DNA from: a virus | Strand: one strand, 5' to 3' | DNA: 64,000 nt | IMG/VR virus record: IMGVR_UViG_3300045978_000284 | Location: 32,001-96,000 of that record | Shown: positions 47,667 through 56,560 of the stretch, piece by piece | How positions within the stretch are numbered: the stretch's first letter is position 1 | Layout: each line of letters opens with the position of its first letter | Program-made: the position numbers and the translations under genes | Notes under the pieces: model-generated | Told to the model about the DNA's origin: nothing | The model's database searches: none | The model's input: the letters and a program-made list of their open reading frames with translations, nothing else

Positions 47667-48140
47667 ATGGCCACGAAGACGAAGGCGACCAAGACGCAGG
47701 CACCCGAGCCCGAGGCGGTGCTCAAGGCGCGGTCCTGGAGGACCCGGATGGTTCTGTACCGCGACGCCTCGAAGAACAAGATCGCGGAGATCGAGGCGGC
47801 CCTGGTGGCGATGCGGCAGGAGCCCAAGACGCCCGAGCAGGGCGTCCGGGTGGCCACCGCCGAGCTGCGCCTCAAGAAGCAGCGGGAGCACCTCGCCCGC
47901 CGCGAGGACTGGCTGAAGCGCGCCGACACGTCCCTGGCCGGCGCCATCGCCAAGGGCGCGACGCCCAAGGCGCCGGGCAAGGCGGTGGCGGTGGCTGCGC
48001 CGCCGGCGCCGATCGAGAAGAAGAAGCCGCGCAAGCCCAAGGCGAAGGCGCCGGTCGTGGAGCCGCCGGCCGGGCCGGTGGAGACGCTCGAGGTCCCGCC
48101 GGTCGAGCCGACCCAGCCCGCCGAGGAGGTGGCCGCCTAG
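47667..48140 (+). CDS. Coiled-coil protein with Lys/Pro/Ala tail; paralog of 40154..40627
   Basis: AAGGAG RBS; WRTRMVLY...RREDWLKRA. Confidence 0.7.
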   Translation: MATKTKATKTQAPEPEAVLKARSWRTRMVLYRDASKNKIAEIEAALVAMRQEPKTPEQGVRVATAELRLKKQREHLARREDWLKRADTSLAGAIAKGATPKAPGKAVAVAAPPAPIEKKKPRKPKAKAPVVEPPAGPVETLEVPPVEPTQPAEEVAA

Positions 48141-48223
48141 CACCCCCGGCGCGGCCGGTTCTTGTCAGCCACAGCCCAACAGCGCCGGGGGCCCCAGCGC
48201 CCCCGGCAGAGGAGGAACCGCCA

Positions 48224-48808
48224 ATGGTCATCCGATCCCAGTTCCCCAGCCAGTGCACCCTTTGCCATAACCCCGTGGTTGTCGGTGCCCAGGTCGACTG
48301 GACCAATGGCGTCGGCGTCACCCACCATCCGGCCGGTAGCTGCCCGCCGCCCGCCGAGCCTGCGCCGGAGCGCACCCAGGACGCCAGCGGGATCGTCGCG
48401 TTCCTGACCGCGGCCCAGTCCCGCGGCCTGAAGTTCCCCAAGGTCCGGTTCCTGGCGCCTGACCGCCGCCGCGAGCTGCGTCTCTCGGTCTCCGGCGCCC
48501 AGAGCCGCGTCCCGGGCTCGGTGCAGGTCACCCTCGGTCGGGAGTGGATCGGTCGGATCGAGCCCACCGGCGCGATCCGCGGCCGCCTCGCCAACGAGAA
48601 GGCGGTGCTCGACGAGCTGGAGGCCATAGCCGCGGATCCTGCCGCCAAGGCCGCGGAGTACGGCGCCCTGATGTCCCGGTGCTCGTTCTGCGGCCTCGCC
48701 CTGACGGACCAGGGCAGCATCGAGGTCGGGTACGGTCCGGTGTGCGCCCAGAAGTACGATCTGCCCCACCGCTCCCTCGGGACGCGCGTGGTGCGGGTGG
48801 CCAGCTGA
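48224..48808 (+). CDS. DUF6011-type Zn-finger protein
   Basis: CSFCG..LTD..SI..GYGPVCA. Confidence 0.75.
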   Translation: MVIRSQFPSQCTLCHNPVVVGAQVDWTNGVGVTHHPAGSCPPPAEPAPERTQDASGIVAFLTAAQSRGLKFPKVRFLAPDRRRELRLSVSGAQSRVPGSVQVTLGREWIGRIEPTGAIRGRLANEKAVLDELEAIAADPAAKAAEYGALMSRCSFCGLALTDQGSIEVGYGPVCAQKYDLPHRSLGTRVVRVAS

Positions 48809-49335
48809 TGGCCCGCCGGGAACAGGTCTTGTTGTCGGCCGGCCCGAACAACGCTCGGGTCCATGCGTCCGTGGTCCGGGTCAGGTTCACCGTGGATCGC
48901 GGCGTAGGCGGCCCGCACGTCGGCCACCTCCTGTCAGATGCGTCCCTGGCGTCGAACCTGTCGCGCCAGCTGATCCCGGACGACGGGCGGGAGCACTTCG
49001 GCGTGTTCCTGCTCGGCGCCACCAACAGCCTGATCCGCTGGCACGAGGTGGCGATCGGCACGACGGGGGCCTCGCTCGTCGAGCCGTCGTGCGTGTTCGG
49101 GCCGGCGCTTCGACTGCTGGGCGTGCGCTCCCTCATCATGGTGCATTCCCACCCGAGCGGCGACACGGACCCGAGCCGTGAAGACATCGAGCTGACCCAA
49201 CGGCTCATCAAGGTCGGCGACCTGGTCGACATCAAGGTCCTGGACCACGTCATCATCGGGTTCCCGGATCGCTACACGTCCCTGCTGCAGGACGGCCGAG
49301 CCTTCTTCGGCCGGAACGGGAACCGTCATGCCTAA
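48808..49335 (+). CDS. radC: RadC-like JAB domain protein
   Basis: REHF...L...N...IGT...SLV.P...HSHPSGD..PS.ED...T...VLDHVIIG. Confidence 0.9.
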   Translation: MARREQVLLSAGPNNARVHASVVRVRFTVDRGVGGPHVGHLLSDASLASNLSRQLIPDDGREHFGVFLLGATNSLIRWHEVAIGTTGASLVEPSCVFGPALRLLGVRSLIMVHSHPSGDTDPSREDIELTQRLIKVGDLVDIKVLDHVIIGFPDRYTSLLQDGRAFFGRNGNRHA

Positions 49336-49672
49336 GCCGAGATCGAAGGACGAGGTTCACCGCCAGGGCCCCGGCCTCAGGTTCCTGGGCGAGCCCACCA
49401 CCTGGTATGGCGGCGGCTACTGCGGCATCTGCGGCGACCGCTCCGAGTCCCTGGTTCCCCGCGCAGTCCGCTGGTGGGACCCGGACGACGGCTGGCGGAC
49501 CGGCGTGCTCTGCGTCAGCTGCGGCAGAGACGCCTCGGCCCGCGGGCCCCGCCCGGATGACTACGCGACGCACCAGCAGGAGCGCCAGGCCCTCATGGCG
49601 GACACCCTGGCGGAGCTGGGCGACATGGACTCCGCACACACCGACTACGAGGACTTGAGGGGAGGGCTGTAA
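49328..49672 (+). CDS. Zn-finger hypothetical protein
   Basis: CGIC...WDPDDGW..GVLCVSC. Confidence 0.65.
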   Translation: MPKPRSKDEVHRQGPGLRFLGEPTTWYGGGYCGICGDRSESLVPRAVRWWDPDDGWRTGVLCVSCGRDASARGPRPDDYATHQQERQALMADTLAELGDMDSAHTDYEDLRGGL

Positions 49673-49998
49673 TGCCACATCAGACGTGGGTGGTCAGGGT
49701 GGTCATGATGGAGCCCACCAAGGATCCGACCGGCACGGCGATGTTCGCCGTGAACCAGCTCGTCGAGCAGCTGCGCTATGCCGGCCTCTCCTGGGTCCAC
49801 ACGCTTGGCGAGGTCAGGACCGGACCGCTGGGAGAGGTCTGCACCAAGACGATCTTCGACCTGCTCCCGCCGGCCGGAACCGGCGACTCGCGCGTGTGGG
49901 CCAAGCAGAACGCGGAGCGGATGACGAGCTACGGCTACAACGCGGTGGTCGCTCCCAAGTGGCACACGGGCGACGCGCGGCCCACCGGCGAAGGGTAG
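49672..49998 (+). CDS. Hypothetical protein
   Basis: TAATG overlap; WA..NAERM.S.GYNAV. Confidence 0.65.
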   Translation: MPHQTWVVRVVMMEPTKDPTGTAMFAVNQLVEQLRYAGLSWVHTLGEVRTGPLGEVCTKTIFDLLPPAGTGDSRVWAKQNAERMTSYGYNAVVAPKWHTGDARPTGEG

Positions 49999-50007
49999 GA
50001 CTGAGCG

Positions 50008-50220
50008 ATGTGCTGGGAGTGCGCGCCAATGATCCTCGAGGAGGAGGAGGACGCCATGAAACTTCACGTGTCGAAGGACGAGCAAGGCCGTCTCGTGATT
50101 CAGCCCGTGCGCCCGACAAAGCCAGTCCGGCTGTGGCTCCGGGAGGTCGGCCGGCTCCTGGCCATGCTCGCCGCGCTGGCGGCCGTGGCGGTGATCGCGG
50201 CGTTCGTCGCGGCCGGGTAG
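50008..50220 (+). CDS. Small membrane protein (alternative start 50056)
   Basis: C-terminal TM helix. Confidence 0.5.
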   Translation: MCWECAPMILEEEEDAMKLHVSKDEQGRLVIQPVRPTKPVRLWLREVGRLLAMLAALAAVAVIAAFVAAG

Positions 50221-50222
50221 CC

Positions 50223-50438
50223 ATGGCCACCGAGATCTGGGGCGACGGAAAGCCCCTCACCGGCTACTGCCACAACCCGCGCCACGGGATCCCGTGCCCA
50301 CAGCCGTGCGAGGCCTGCGCGATCGAGTGCAGGCCGGACGATGTGCGGCCGACCATCGAGAGACAGGAGTACAGCGATGAAGAAGAGCGGAGTGCAGATC
50401 GAGCGCCCCGCGCGGCAAGGATTCGCGTCCCGCGGTAG
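50223..50438 (+). CDS. Small Cys/His-rich protein
   Basis: CH...H..PCP.PC.AC..EC. Confidence 0.5.
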   Translation: MATEIWGDGKPLTGYCHNPRHGIPCPQPCEACAIECRPDDVRPTIERQEYSDEEERSADRAPRAARIRVPR

Positions 50439-50649
50439 CAAGCTCGCAGGGTATCGGCATAGACGGCGCGCCGTCAGGGTACGGCGCCTGGTGGAGGAGT
50501 ACTCGGGAGAAAAGGCTGACCTTCAGACCGACATCGTGGACGTGCTCGCCGACCTGCGACACCTGTGCGACGTGAAGGGCTGGGAGTATCACCTGCTTGA
50601 CGGGCGCGGCCAGCGGCACTACCTGGCCGAGAAATGGGGGGAGGACTGA
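50377..50649 (+). CDS. Hypothetical protein
   Basis: AGGAG RBS; IVDVLADLRHLCD...HY.AE motif. Confidence 0.6.
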   Translation: MKKSGVQIERPARQGFASRGSKLAGYRHRRRAVRVRRLVEEYSGEKADLQTDIVDVLADLRHLCDVKGWEYHLLDGRGQRHYLAEKWGED

Positions 50650-51116
50650 TGGGCTGGGATGCCTATGCCTTCGACGGGGACGACGGGTCGACCGTCTTCA
50701 GCTGGAACCGAGAGAAAGAGGAGATGCAGATCGTCCATCCCGGGCTTCGGGCAGCGTTTGCGGTCGCCAGCGAGACGGTCAAGAGGCGCGCCATGTACGT
50801 GGACGCGCTGCTCCAGTACGGCGGTCTCGACGTCAGCTGGAGTGGTGAGGCGATGGCCGCTGCGACCGGGGAGAGCGTCTATGGAGACCCCTGGTCGCCC
50901 AAGCAGGTGCGCGAGCTTCACGCCTCGGCGGACTGGTCGAAGGCGAGCGTCGGTCATGGCGGGCGAGCCTGCCAGTACGCCGTCTCGGCACGCCTGCCGA
51001 CAGCCATGGGCCCCATGGAGATCGTGGGCACCGAGACGTGCCTTCATATCGAGTCGGCGAAGGAGTTCCTTCGCGTGTGCGCCGAGCAGGGTCTCGGCAT
51101 TCGCTTCAGCTGGTAG
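50649..51116 (+). CDS. Hypothetical protein
   Basis: GGAGG RBS; MGWDAYA...FL..CA..GL.I.FSW. Confidence 0.65.
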   Translation: MGWDAYAFDGDDGSTVFSWNREKEEMQIVHPGLRAAFAVASETVKRRAMYVDALLQYGGLDVSWSGEAMAAATGESVYGDPWSPKQVRELHASADWSKASVGHGGRACQYAVSARLPTAMGPMEIVGTETCLHIESAKEFLRVCAEQGLGIRFSW

Positions 51117-51125
51117 GAGGACCCA

Positions 51126-51500
51126 ATGAGGAGGCTCCTGATGTGCCTGGTCGTGGGGCTGGTGCTCTGGCCGGGCGTGGCGGCCGCCCAGAATCCCTCG
51201 AACGACGTGGCGGACATGATGGTGGGCGAGATTCGGCGCGGCCTGCAGATGTACGGCAGCCGGATCACCCACGACTACGCGATCGGCGTGATGGTGGGCT
51301 TTCTGGTCTGGAACGACATGGTCGCCGTCTGCCAGCAGTCCTTGACCGCGGGCGAGATGCTGGCGCGCTTGCGCTACAGCGACGACATCCCGGCTCACTG
51401 GACGCTGCAGCGGTTCATCCTGGACGACTTCCGTCGGCGCGGCTGCCGCTGGCGGGAAGAGCTGATCAAGGCCATCGGAGGCATGAAAGGCGGGGCGTGA
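51126..51500 (+). CDS. Exported protein, Rap1a-like, copy 1
   Basis: Signal peptide; Y.IGV..G...C...T..E...WT.Q...RGC. Confidence 0.55.
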   Translation: MRRLLMCLVVGLVLWPGVAAAQNPSNDVADMMVGEIRRGLQMYGSRITHDYAIGVMVGFLVWNDMVAVCQQSLTAGEMLARLRYSDDIPAHWTLQRFILDDFRRRGCRWREELIKAIGGMKGGA

Positions 51501-51517
51501 TGGGAACAGGACGGACG

Positions 51518-51871
51518 ATGCGAAGCATCCTGATCGTGGCGCTGCTCGTGTGCCACCCGTCGGTGGTTGCCGCCCAGAAGTCGTATGTCGCCGACTCCAC
51601 GGTGGCGGACTTGCGGCGCGAGGTCCGCCAGATGAACGGCGCGATCCCCGAGGCTGGGGATGCCTATCTGGTGGGCGTCGCCAGGGGCGCGATGATCTAC
51701 GCGAGCGGATTCTTCACCTGCTCGAACCCTGGCACGGTCGCCGAGCTCGCGTACTACCTCATGGTGTTGGCCGAACCCACCTGGACGGTTCAGAAGGCCA
51801 TGTACCGCGAGCACACGCTCCGAGGATGCACGCTCAGTCCCGGCATCATCGAGTACCTGCGCCGTCAGTGA
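51518..51871 (+). CDS. Exported protein, Rap1a-like, copy 2
   Basis: Signal peptide; YLVGV..G...C...T..E...WT.Q...RGC. Confidence 0.55.
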   Translation: MRSILIVALLVCHPSVVAAQKSYVADSTVADLRREVRQMNGAIPEAGDAYLVGVARGAMIYASGFFTCSNPGTVAELAYYLMVLAEPTWTVQKAMYREHTLRGCTLSPGIIEYLRRQ

Positions 51872-51890
51872 GCGGCGTAGGCGGCGCGCC

Positions 51891-51948
51891 TTGCAATCCG
51901 GTGGCGCCGCCCGCACACTGTCTCCGTGATGATATATCCGTGTCACCA
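51891..51948 (+). promoter_or_regulatory. Early promoter/operator P6
   Basis: TTGCAA-17-CACACT-GTCTCCGTGATGATATATCC, close match to P5. Confidence 0.7.
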
Positions 51949-51969
51949 ACCCAACCATAGGAGGCGCCA

Positions 51970-52308
51970 ATGCTGCACTTCGACGTGAAGATCCCGGCCA
52001 GTCTCACCCTCGCCGCCACGGACGAGGAGGACGCGCGGCGCAAGCTGCGTGACCACCGATACGCCCTTGCGAGCACCCTGGGTGACCGCGGACCCGAGGT
52101 GTCGGCCATCGCCCTCGACGTCGACCAGGCGACCATCGCCGAGCACGTCCACCAGTACGAGTTCCAGCGCTACTGCGGCGCCCGGGTCTGCTCGGTCTGC
52201 GAGGACCACAAGGGTCTCGCGCGCTGCTTCTGCGGCTGGGCCGAGTCGGGCGGCGATGGGCGACGCGAGCTGGAAGAGATGGGCGAGACCATCGACGAGG
52301 AGGCGTAG
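51970..52308 (+). CDS. Zn-binding hypothetical protein
   Basis: RBS; C..C.DH.GLARCFCGW. Confidence 0.65.
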   Translation: MLHFDVKIPASLTLAATDEEDARRKLRDHRYALASTLGDRGPEVSAIALDVDQATIAEHVHQYEFQRYCGARVCSVCEDHKGLARCFCGWAESGGDGRRELEEMGETIDEEA

Positions 52309-52650
52309 ATGCGAAGGGGAATCCGGCCCGTCGACGGAACAGGGGGCCCTCGCTCGCGCGAGATCGTGGCCTTCTGCCAGACCATCGCCACCAAGGAAGA
52401 GCTCAGCTTCACCTACGACATGCTCAAGCTCAGATCGCGAGCCCTGGAGGCCCAGCTCGGGGCGTCGTTCAACATCGGAGACGTCGTCGCGTTCCGTGGC
52501 CGCCGGAGCCAGGGCATGGTGACGGGCACCGTCGTCGGCTTGGGCGCCCGGATCAAGGTGCGCGCCGACTCGTACAGCTTCTTCGGGAAGCCCGGACCGA
52601 ATGAGGTCTGGCGCGTGCCCCCGAGCCTGCTATCCCCGGCCAAGACCTGA
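52309..52650 (+). CDS. SH3/KOW-like hypothetical protein
   Basis: FNIGDVV.F...GTV...WRVPPSLL. Confidence 0.6.
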   Translation: MRRGIRPVDGTGGPRSREIVAFCQTIATKEELSFTYDMLKLRSRALEAQLGASFNIGDVVAFRGRRSQGMVTGTVVGLGARIKVRADSYSFFGKPGPNEVWRVPPSLLSPAKT

Positions 52651-52666
52651 GACCAAGGAGGAGCCA

Positions 52667-53533
52667 ATGACCCCGAGTCACTACATCGTGTGGGGACTCC
52701 TGTCCCTGCCGGTCAAGGCGAACCTCGCCGCGGCCGACGAGCGCCTGGAGCTCCGCAACCTGCACCGGCCCTGCCGGTCCCTGCTCAAGCAGACGCCGAA
52801 CGTGTGCGCGGCGTGCGCCAAGCCGGTCCCTCCCACCATCGACGAGAAGCCGAACCCTGATCTCGTGAAGGGGTACGAGCAGGGCAAGGGCTCGTGGGTG
52901 ATCCTCACCACGGAGGAGATCGCGGCGCTGGCCGATGAGAAGGACAAGACGGCCGAGGTCGTGGCCTTCATCCCGGCGGCGTCCATCGACCCGGTGTACT
53001 TCGCGAAGTCGTACAACCTGGAGCCGGCGGACGCCCCGACGTCGAAGCCGTTCTCGCTGCTGCGGGCCACCATGGAGCGCGAGTCGATGGTGGCGATCAT
53101 CGAGTACAAGGGCTCGGGCCGCGACAAGCTGGGGGCCATCCGCGTCACCCCGGCGGGCCTGATGCTCCACGAGCTGTACTACGCGGCCGAGGTCCGCGCC
53201 TTCTCGTCGAAGACCTGGAAGCCGGACATCCAGCTGTCCGAGGCCGAGCACCGTGCCGCCGCGGCGCTCCTGCAGCAGTTCAGGACGGAGTGGACCCCCG
53301 AGGCCTATGTGAACAAGTACAACGCCCGGGCCGCGGCTCTCATCCAGTCGAAGCAAGACGGCCAGGTCATCGAGGTCCAGGCGCCGACCCGACCGACCGC
53401 CAAGGTGGTCGATCTGGCGGATGCCCTCACCCAGTCCCTCGCGCTTCGGTCCGCGAAGGCGGCGGACGTAGACGCGCCGAAGCCGGCGGTGCCGGTCAAG
53501 GCGGGAAAGACGAAGAAAGGCCGTGCCGCGTAG
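52667..53533 (+). CDS. ku: Ku DNA end-binding protein
   Basis: WGLLSLPVK...LH..C...LVKGYE..KG..V.LT.EE...F.....IDPVYF.KSY.L.P...L.Y..EVR...DL..AL..SL. Confidence 0.92.
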   Translation: MTPSHYIVWGLLSLPVKANLAAADERLELRNLHRPCRSLLKQTPNVCAACAKPVPPTIDEKPNPDLVKGYEQGKGSWVILTTEEIAALADEKDKTAEVVAFIPAASIDPVYFAKSYNLEPADAPTSKPFSLLRATMERESMVAIIEYKGSGRDKLGAIRVTPAGLMLHELYYAAEVRAFSSKTWKPDIQLSEAEHRAAAALLQQFRTEWTPEAYVNKYNARAAALIQSKQDGQVIEVQAPTRPTAKVVDLADALTQSLALRSAKAADVDAPKPAVPVKAGKTKKGRAA

Positions 53534-53768
53534 ACCAATCATCGCGCTCGTCATCCTCGCAGCCGTGGTGCTCACCGGCTGCGCCCGCGTCGTCTGGGTT
53601 CGCTCGGGCCTGACCGCGGCCGAGTGGAACCAGGACAGCTACCAGTGCGAGAAGGATGCCCGGCAGAGCGGGTATTTCGGCACGGGCTGGGTGGCTCAGA
53701 TCGAGATGGAGCGCTTCATGGAGCGATGCCTGCTGTCGAAGGGCTACAGCAAGCAGATCGTCCAGTGA
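53523..53768 (+). CDS. Small lipoprotein
   Basis: LTGC lipobox; W...G.T......D.Y.C...C...KGY. Confidence 0.7.
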   Translation: MPRRPIIALVILAAVVLTGCARVVWVRSGLTAAEWNQDSYQCEKDARQSGYFGTGWVAQIEMERFMERCLLSKGYSKQIVQ

Positions 53769-54073
53769 AGACCCAGGGCAGCATCTCGCTCTCGAAGATC
53801 CGAGGACTGCAGCGGGCGCTCCGGATCCGGTCGGGCGCGTTGAACCCGACGGAGCGCCTGATGCTCACCGCGATCGCGGACGGGAAGGTGCTCTGTCTCG
53901 GCATCGACCCGCTCTGCATGGCCGCCCCCGTCGGGATCGGCTTCGCGGTCGCCGGCGTCGGTGAGGGCACCGTGGTCGCGGTCCATGTGCTCGCGGACCT
54001 GGTGCGCGCCGGCCTCGTGGTGGCGGAGGCCAACCAGCCGATGCGCTTGGTTGTCCCACCCGAATGGTCCTGA
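53765..54073 (+). CDS. Hypothetical protein
   Basis: GTGA overlap. Confidence 0.5.
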   Translation: MKTQGSISLSKIRGLQRALRIRSGALNPTERLMLTAIADGKVLCLGIDPLCMAAPVGIGFAVAGVGEGTVVAVHVLADLVRAGLVVAEANQPMRLVVPPEWS

Positions 54074-54084
54074 AAGGAGGCCCT

Positions 54085-54339
54085 ATGACCCGCCCGCGAA
54101 CCCGAAGGGCTGGAAGGCACGAGTACGACCCCGACTTCGACCCCGGCGATGCCGGCGACGGCACCCGCTTCGCCGACCCGGGCGGCCGCTCGGCGCTGCG
54201 GGCTGCTGGCAGGGGCAACCCGCGCAACAGGCCATGCCCGTCCTGCGGCAGAAGAAACATGCTGACCCCGGCGGACGTCGCGCGGGGCTACCAGTGTGAT
54301 CGCTGCTCGGACCGAACGGAGATGGGGCTCGATCCGTGA
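54085..54339 (+). CDS. Zn-finger phage protein
   Basis: FADPGG.SALRA....NPRN.PCP.C...LTPAD...GYQCD.C. Confidence 0.7.
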   Translation: MTRPRTRRAGRHEYDPDFDPGDAGDGTRFADPGGRSALRAAGRGNPRNRPCPSCGRRNMLTPADVARGYQCDRCSDRTEMGLDP

Positions 54340-54728
54340 CGCTTGCAGAGCGCAAGGCCAGGGCACGGGCCTTCATATCTGAGCTGAGGAGCCGGACGGT
54401 CTGTAAACGCTGCGGTCGCCAGCCTATCGACTGGCACCGCGAGGAGCATGCACTGAACCATAACTGGCGTGTCTCTGGTAGGGCGGCACGCGGCAACTCC
54501 CCTCGTGTTCTGCAGGAGGAGGTGGATAAATGCGAGCCGCTCTGTCGTCGCTGCCACATGCTCGCCGACGGTCGGCTGGCGGCTCTTGTGGCGAATCGTC
54601 CGTGGAAGCCCGGTATGAGGATCGCACCGCGTCCATGCGCGAGGTGCGGACAGGAGGTCAACCCAATGCGCAAAGGTTTGTGTCGCCGTTGTTACGACAG
54701 GGTCCGCCGAGCACAGGGCGGGCCATGA
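54336..54728 (+). CDS. HNH-like Cys-rich protein
   Basis: C..CG...DWH...EV.KC..LC..CH; lower GC3 than neighbours. Confidence 0.65.
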   Translation: MTLAERKARARAFISELRSRTVCKRCGRQPIDWHREEHALNHNWRVSGRAARGNSPRVLQEEVDKCEPLCRRCHMLADGRLAALVANRPWKPGMRIAPRPCARCGQEVNPMRKGLCRRCYDRVRRAQGGP

Positions 54729-55138
54729 AAGCGGTCGAGCCGCTCCGCCTGCGGGACAGTGACGCCGGCCGTCTCTACGATCTCGGGATCGAGGCCAGGC
54801 GCCTCTATCTCGCGGACTACCTGGCCCGCCACCACGGCAACCGGAGCGCGGCCGCGCGGGCTCTCGGGATGCAGCGAGCCTACCTCTGCAGGCTGGCGAA
54901 AGAGCTGGGCCTGAACGACTCGTCGCGGCCGACCGCGGGCCGCCATCCAGACACGCCCCACGACCTGGGGCGGCTGCCGGGACCGATCGACCTGGTCGCG
55001 CTGCTGGCGGAAGGGATGCAGCTGGTATACGCCCTTGGCCGGTCGTCGCCAGCCCTGACCGCCTGGGCCGACAAGGTGTCGATGGCCACGCAGCCATTCG
55101 ACGCCACCACACTCAAGAAACTGAGGAGGGGACGATGA
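54725..55138 (+). CDS. Fis-type HTH regulator
   Basis: YL...L.RH.GN.SAAARALGMQR.YL.RL.K.LGL. Confidence 0.8.
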   Translation: MKAVEPLRLRDSDAGRLYDLGIEARRLYLADYLARHHGNRSAAARALGMQRAYLCRLAKELGLNDSSRPTAGRHPDTPHDLGRLPGPIDLVALLAEGMQLVYALGRSSPALTAWADKVSMATQPFDATTLKKLRRGR

Positions 55139-55773
55139 GCGACACCGAGAGCAGGCCGATCACGGACGAGCGCATCCTGGAGCTGGTCCAGCGCGAGCGT
55201 TCCATCGAGGGCACCGAGCGCGAGATCTCCTTCGAGTGGGACTTCGGGGGCAGCGTCGAGGACTACGACGCGGCCATCAGCGAGATGCGGGCCCGGATCG
55301 CCAGGATCTTCCGCGCGTGGCTGGTGGAGAGCGTAGACGATCCCGAGCGCTACACCAAGGCGTGGACCCAGGCTGACATCGTGTATGACGGCTGGGGCAC
55401 CCGGACGCTGCGCGAGATCACCATCCCGGTCCGGCGCGGCACCGAGACCTGGCGCCTCGTCGCCACGCCCAACGACGCGGTCACCTGGCAGCACTGCCGC
55501 TACTCCTCCGGGCTGCGCCCGGCCTTCTCGCCCCTGGACTTCGCGCGCCTCCGGTTCTTCACCGATCTCACCGAGAAGCTCTGTCCGGTCTGCGGCGTGC
55601 TCGTCAAGCTGCAGGACCACACCAAGGACGGCCGGTTGGTCGGGACTTGCGGCGACGCCTTCACCATGAACCAGTGGGACGCCTGCCCGGACTGCGGCGC
55701 CAGCGACGTGCTCGAGGGCTGCGAGCCCGCCTGCTCCGGGCAGAAGTACCCGATCGCGCCGCTCGGGCGCTGA
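55135..55773 (+). CDS. Hypothetical protein with C-terminal Zn ribbons
   Basis: CPVC...TKDGRLVGTCGDAF. Confidence 0.65.
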   Translation: MSDTESRPITDERILELVQRERSIEGTEREISFEWDFGGSVEDYDAAISEMRARIARIFRAWLVESVDDPERYTKAWTQADIVYDGWGTRTLREITIPVRRGTETWRLVATPNDAVTWQHCRYSSGLRPAFSPLDFARLRFFTDLTEKLCPVCGVLVKLQDHTKDGRLVGTCGDAFTMNQWDACPDCGASDVLEGCEPACSGQKYPIAPLGR

Positions 55774-55782
55774 AAGGCAGCC

Positions 55783-56319
55783 ATGTCGTCCTACGCCTCG
55801 ATGCGCCTGATGATCGGCGGGAACCTGACCGCCGCGATCGCCGGCGAGCTGGTCGCGCGACTCGCCTTGACCCCGCTGCCCACGGACTGGGGCGACGCCC
55901 CGTGGACGCCCTCGGAGCCGTCCGACCTGCTTCGAGTGGCGGCGTTCGACGAGGGGATCCTCACGTTCCGAGACGACAGCGCCTCGTGGACGAACTGGAC
56001 CGAGGAGGGGAGCCTCGACAAGTGGCTCGTCGACCACCAGGTGGCCCATGACCGGCTGATCTCCGATGCGGAGGGCGCATCGCTCCGCCTGTACCGCCCT
56101 GGCATGGAGCACCCCCTGGAGTTCCAGGCTGACAACGACGGGGACATCGTGCTCGCAGAGAGCTACGTCCGGGCGGCCATCGCGCTGCTCGACGAAGGCG
56201 AGATCGAGAAGGCTCGCGCCATGCTGAGCGAGAACATCGCGGCCGGTATCCCCAATCTGGAGCGGCTCACCATCGAGGGCCTGGAGGCCGTGGCGCGAGC
56301 CTGGGCCGCCAAGTCATGA
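55783..56319 (+). CDS. Hypothetical protein
   Basis: Coding-like codons, acidic. Confidence 0.65.
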   Translation: MSSYASMRLMIGGNLTAAIAGELVARLALTPLPTDWGDAPWTPSEPSDLLRVAAFDEGILTFRDDSASWTNWTEEGSLDKWLVDHQVAHDRLISDAEGASLRLYRPGMEHPLEFQADNDGDIVLAESYVRAAIALLDEGEIEKARAMLSENIAAGIPNLERLTIEGLEAVARAWAAKS

Positions 56320-56560
56320 GGGGGCGCCGGGCTGGACGCGCACCGACGCCTTCATCGGTGGCAAGACGCGCGGCGTCGCCTGGACCCACCGATCCGGATT
56401 CGTGGTCCGGCACTGTGGACACCCGACAGCGAACTACCCGTACTACATCGAGACACCGGAGGGCGAGATGCTCGTCGCACCGAATGGCCGTGGCTTCCGC
56501 AGGCTCAAGGAGGCCCAGGCCGCGGTCGAGCTGCTCGCCCTGAAGAGGAGGAGCCAATGA
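56316..56560 (+). pseudogene. Small gene with frameshift in G5 run near start
   Basis: ATG at 56316 is out of frame with coding-like frame GWTRTD...HCGHPTANYPY...RSQ ending TGA 56558-60 in an ATGA overlap. Confidence 0.6.
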
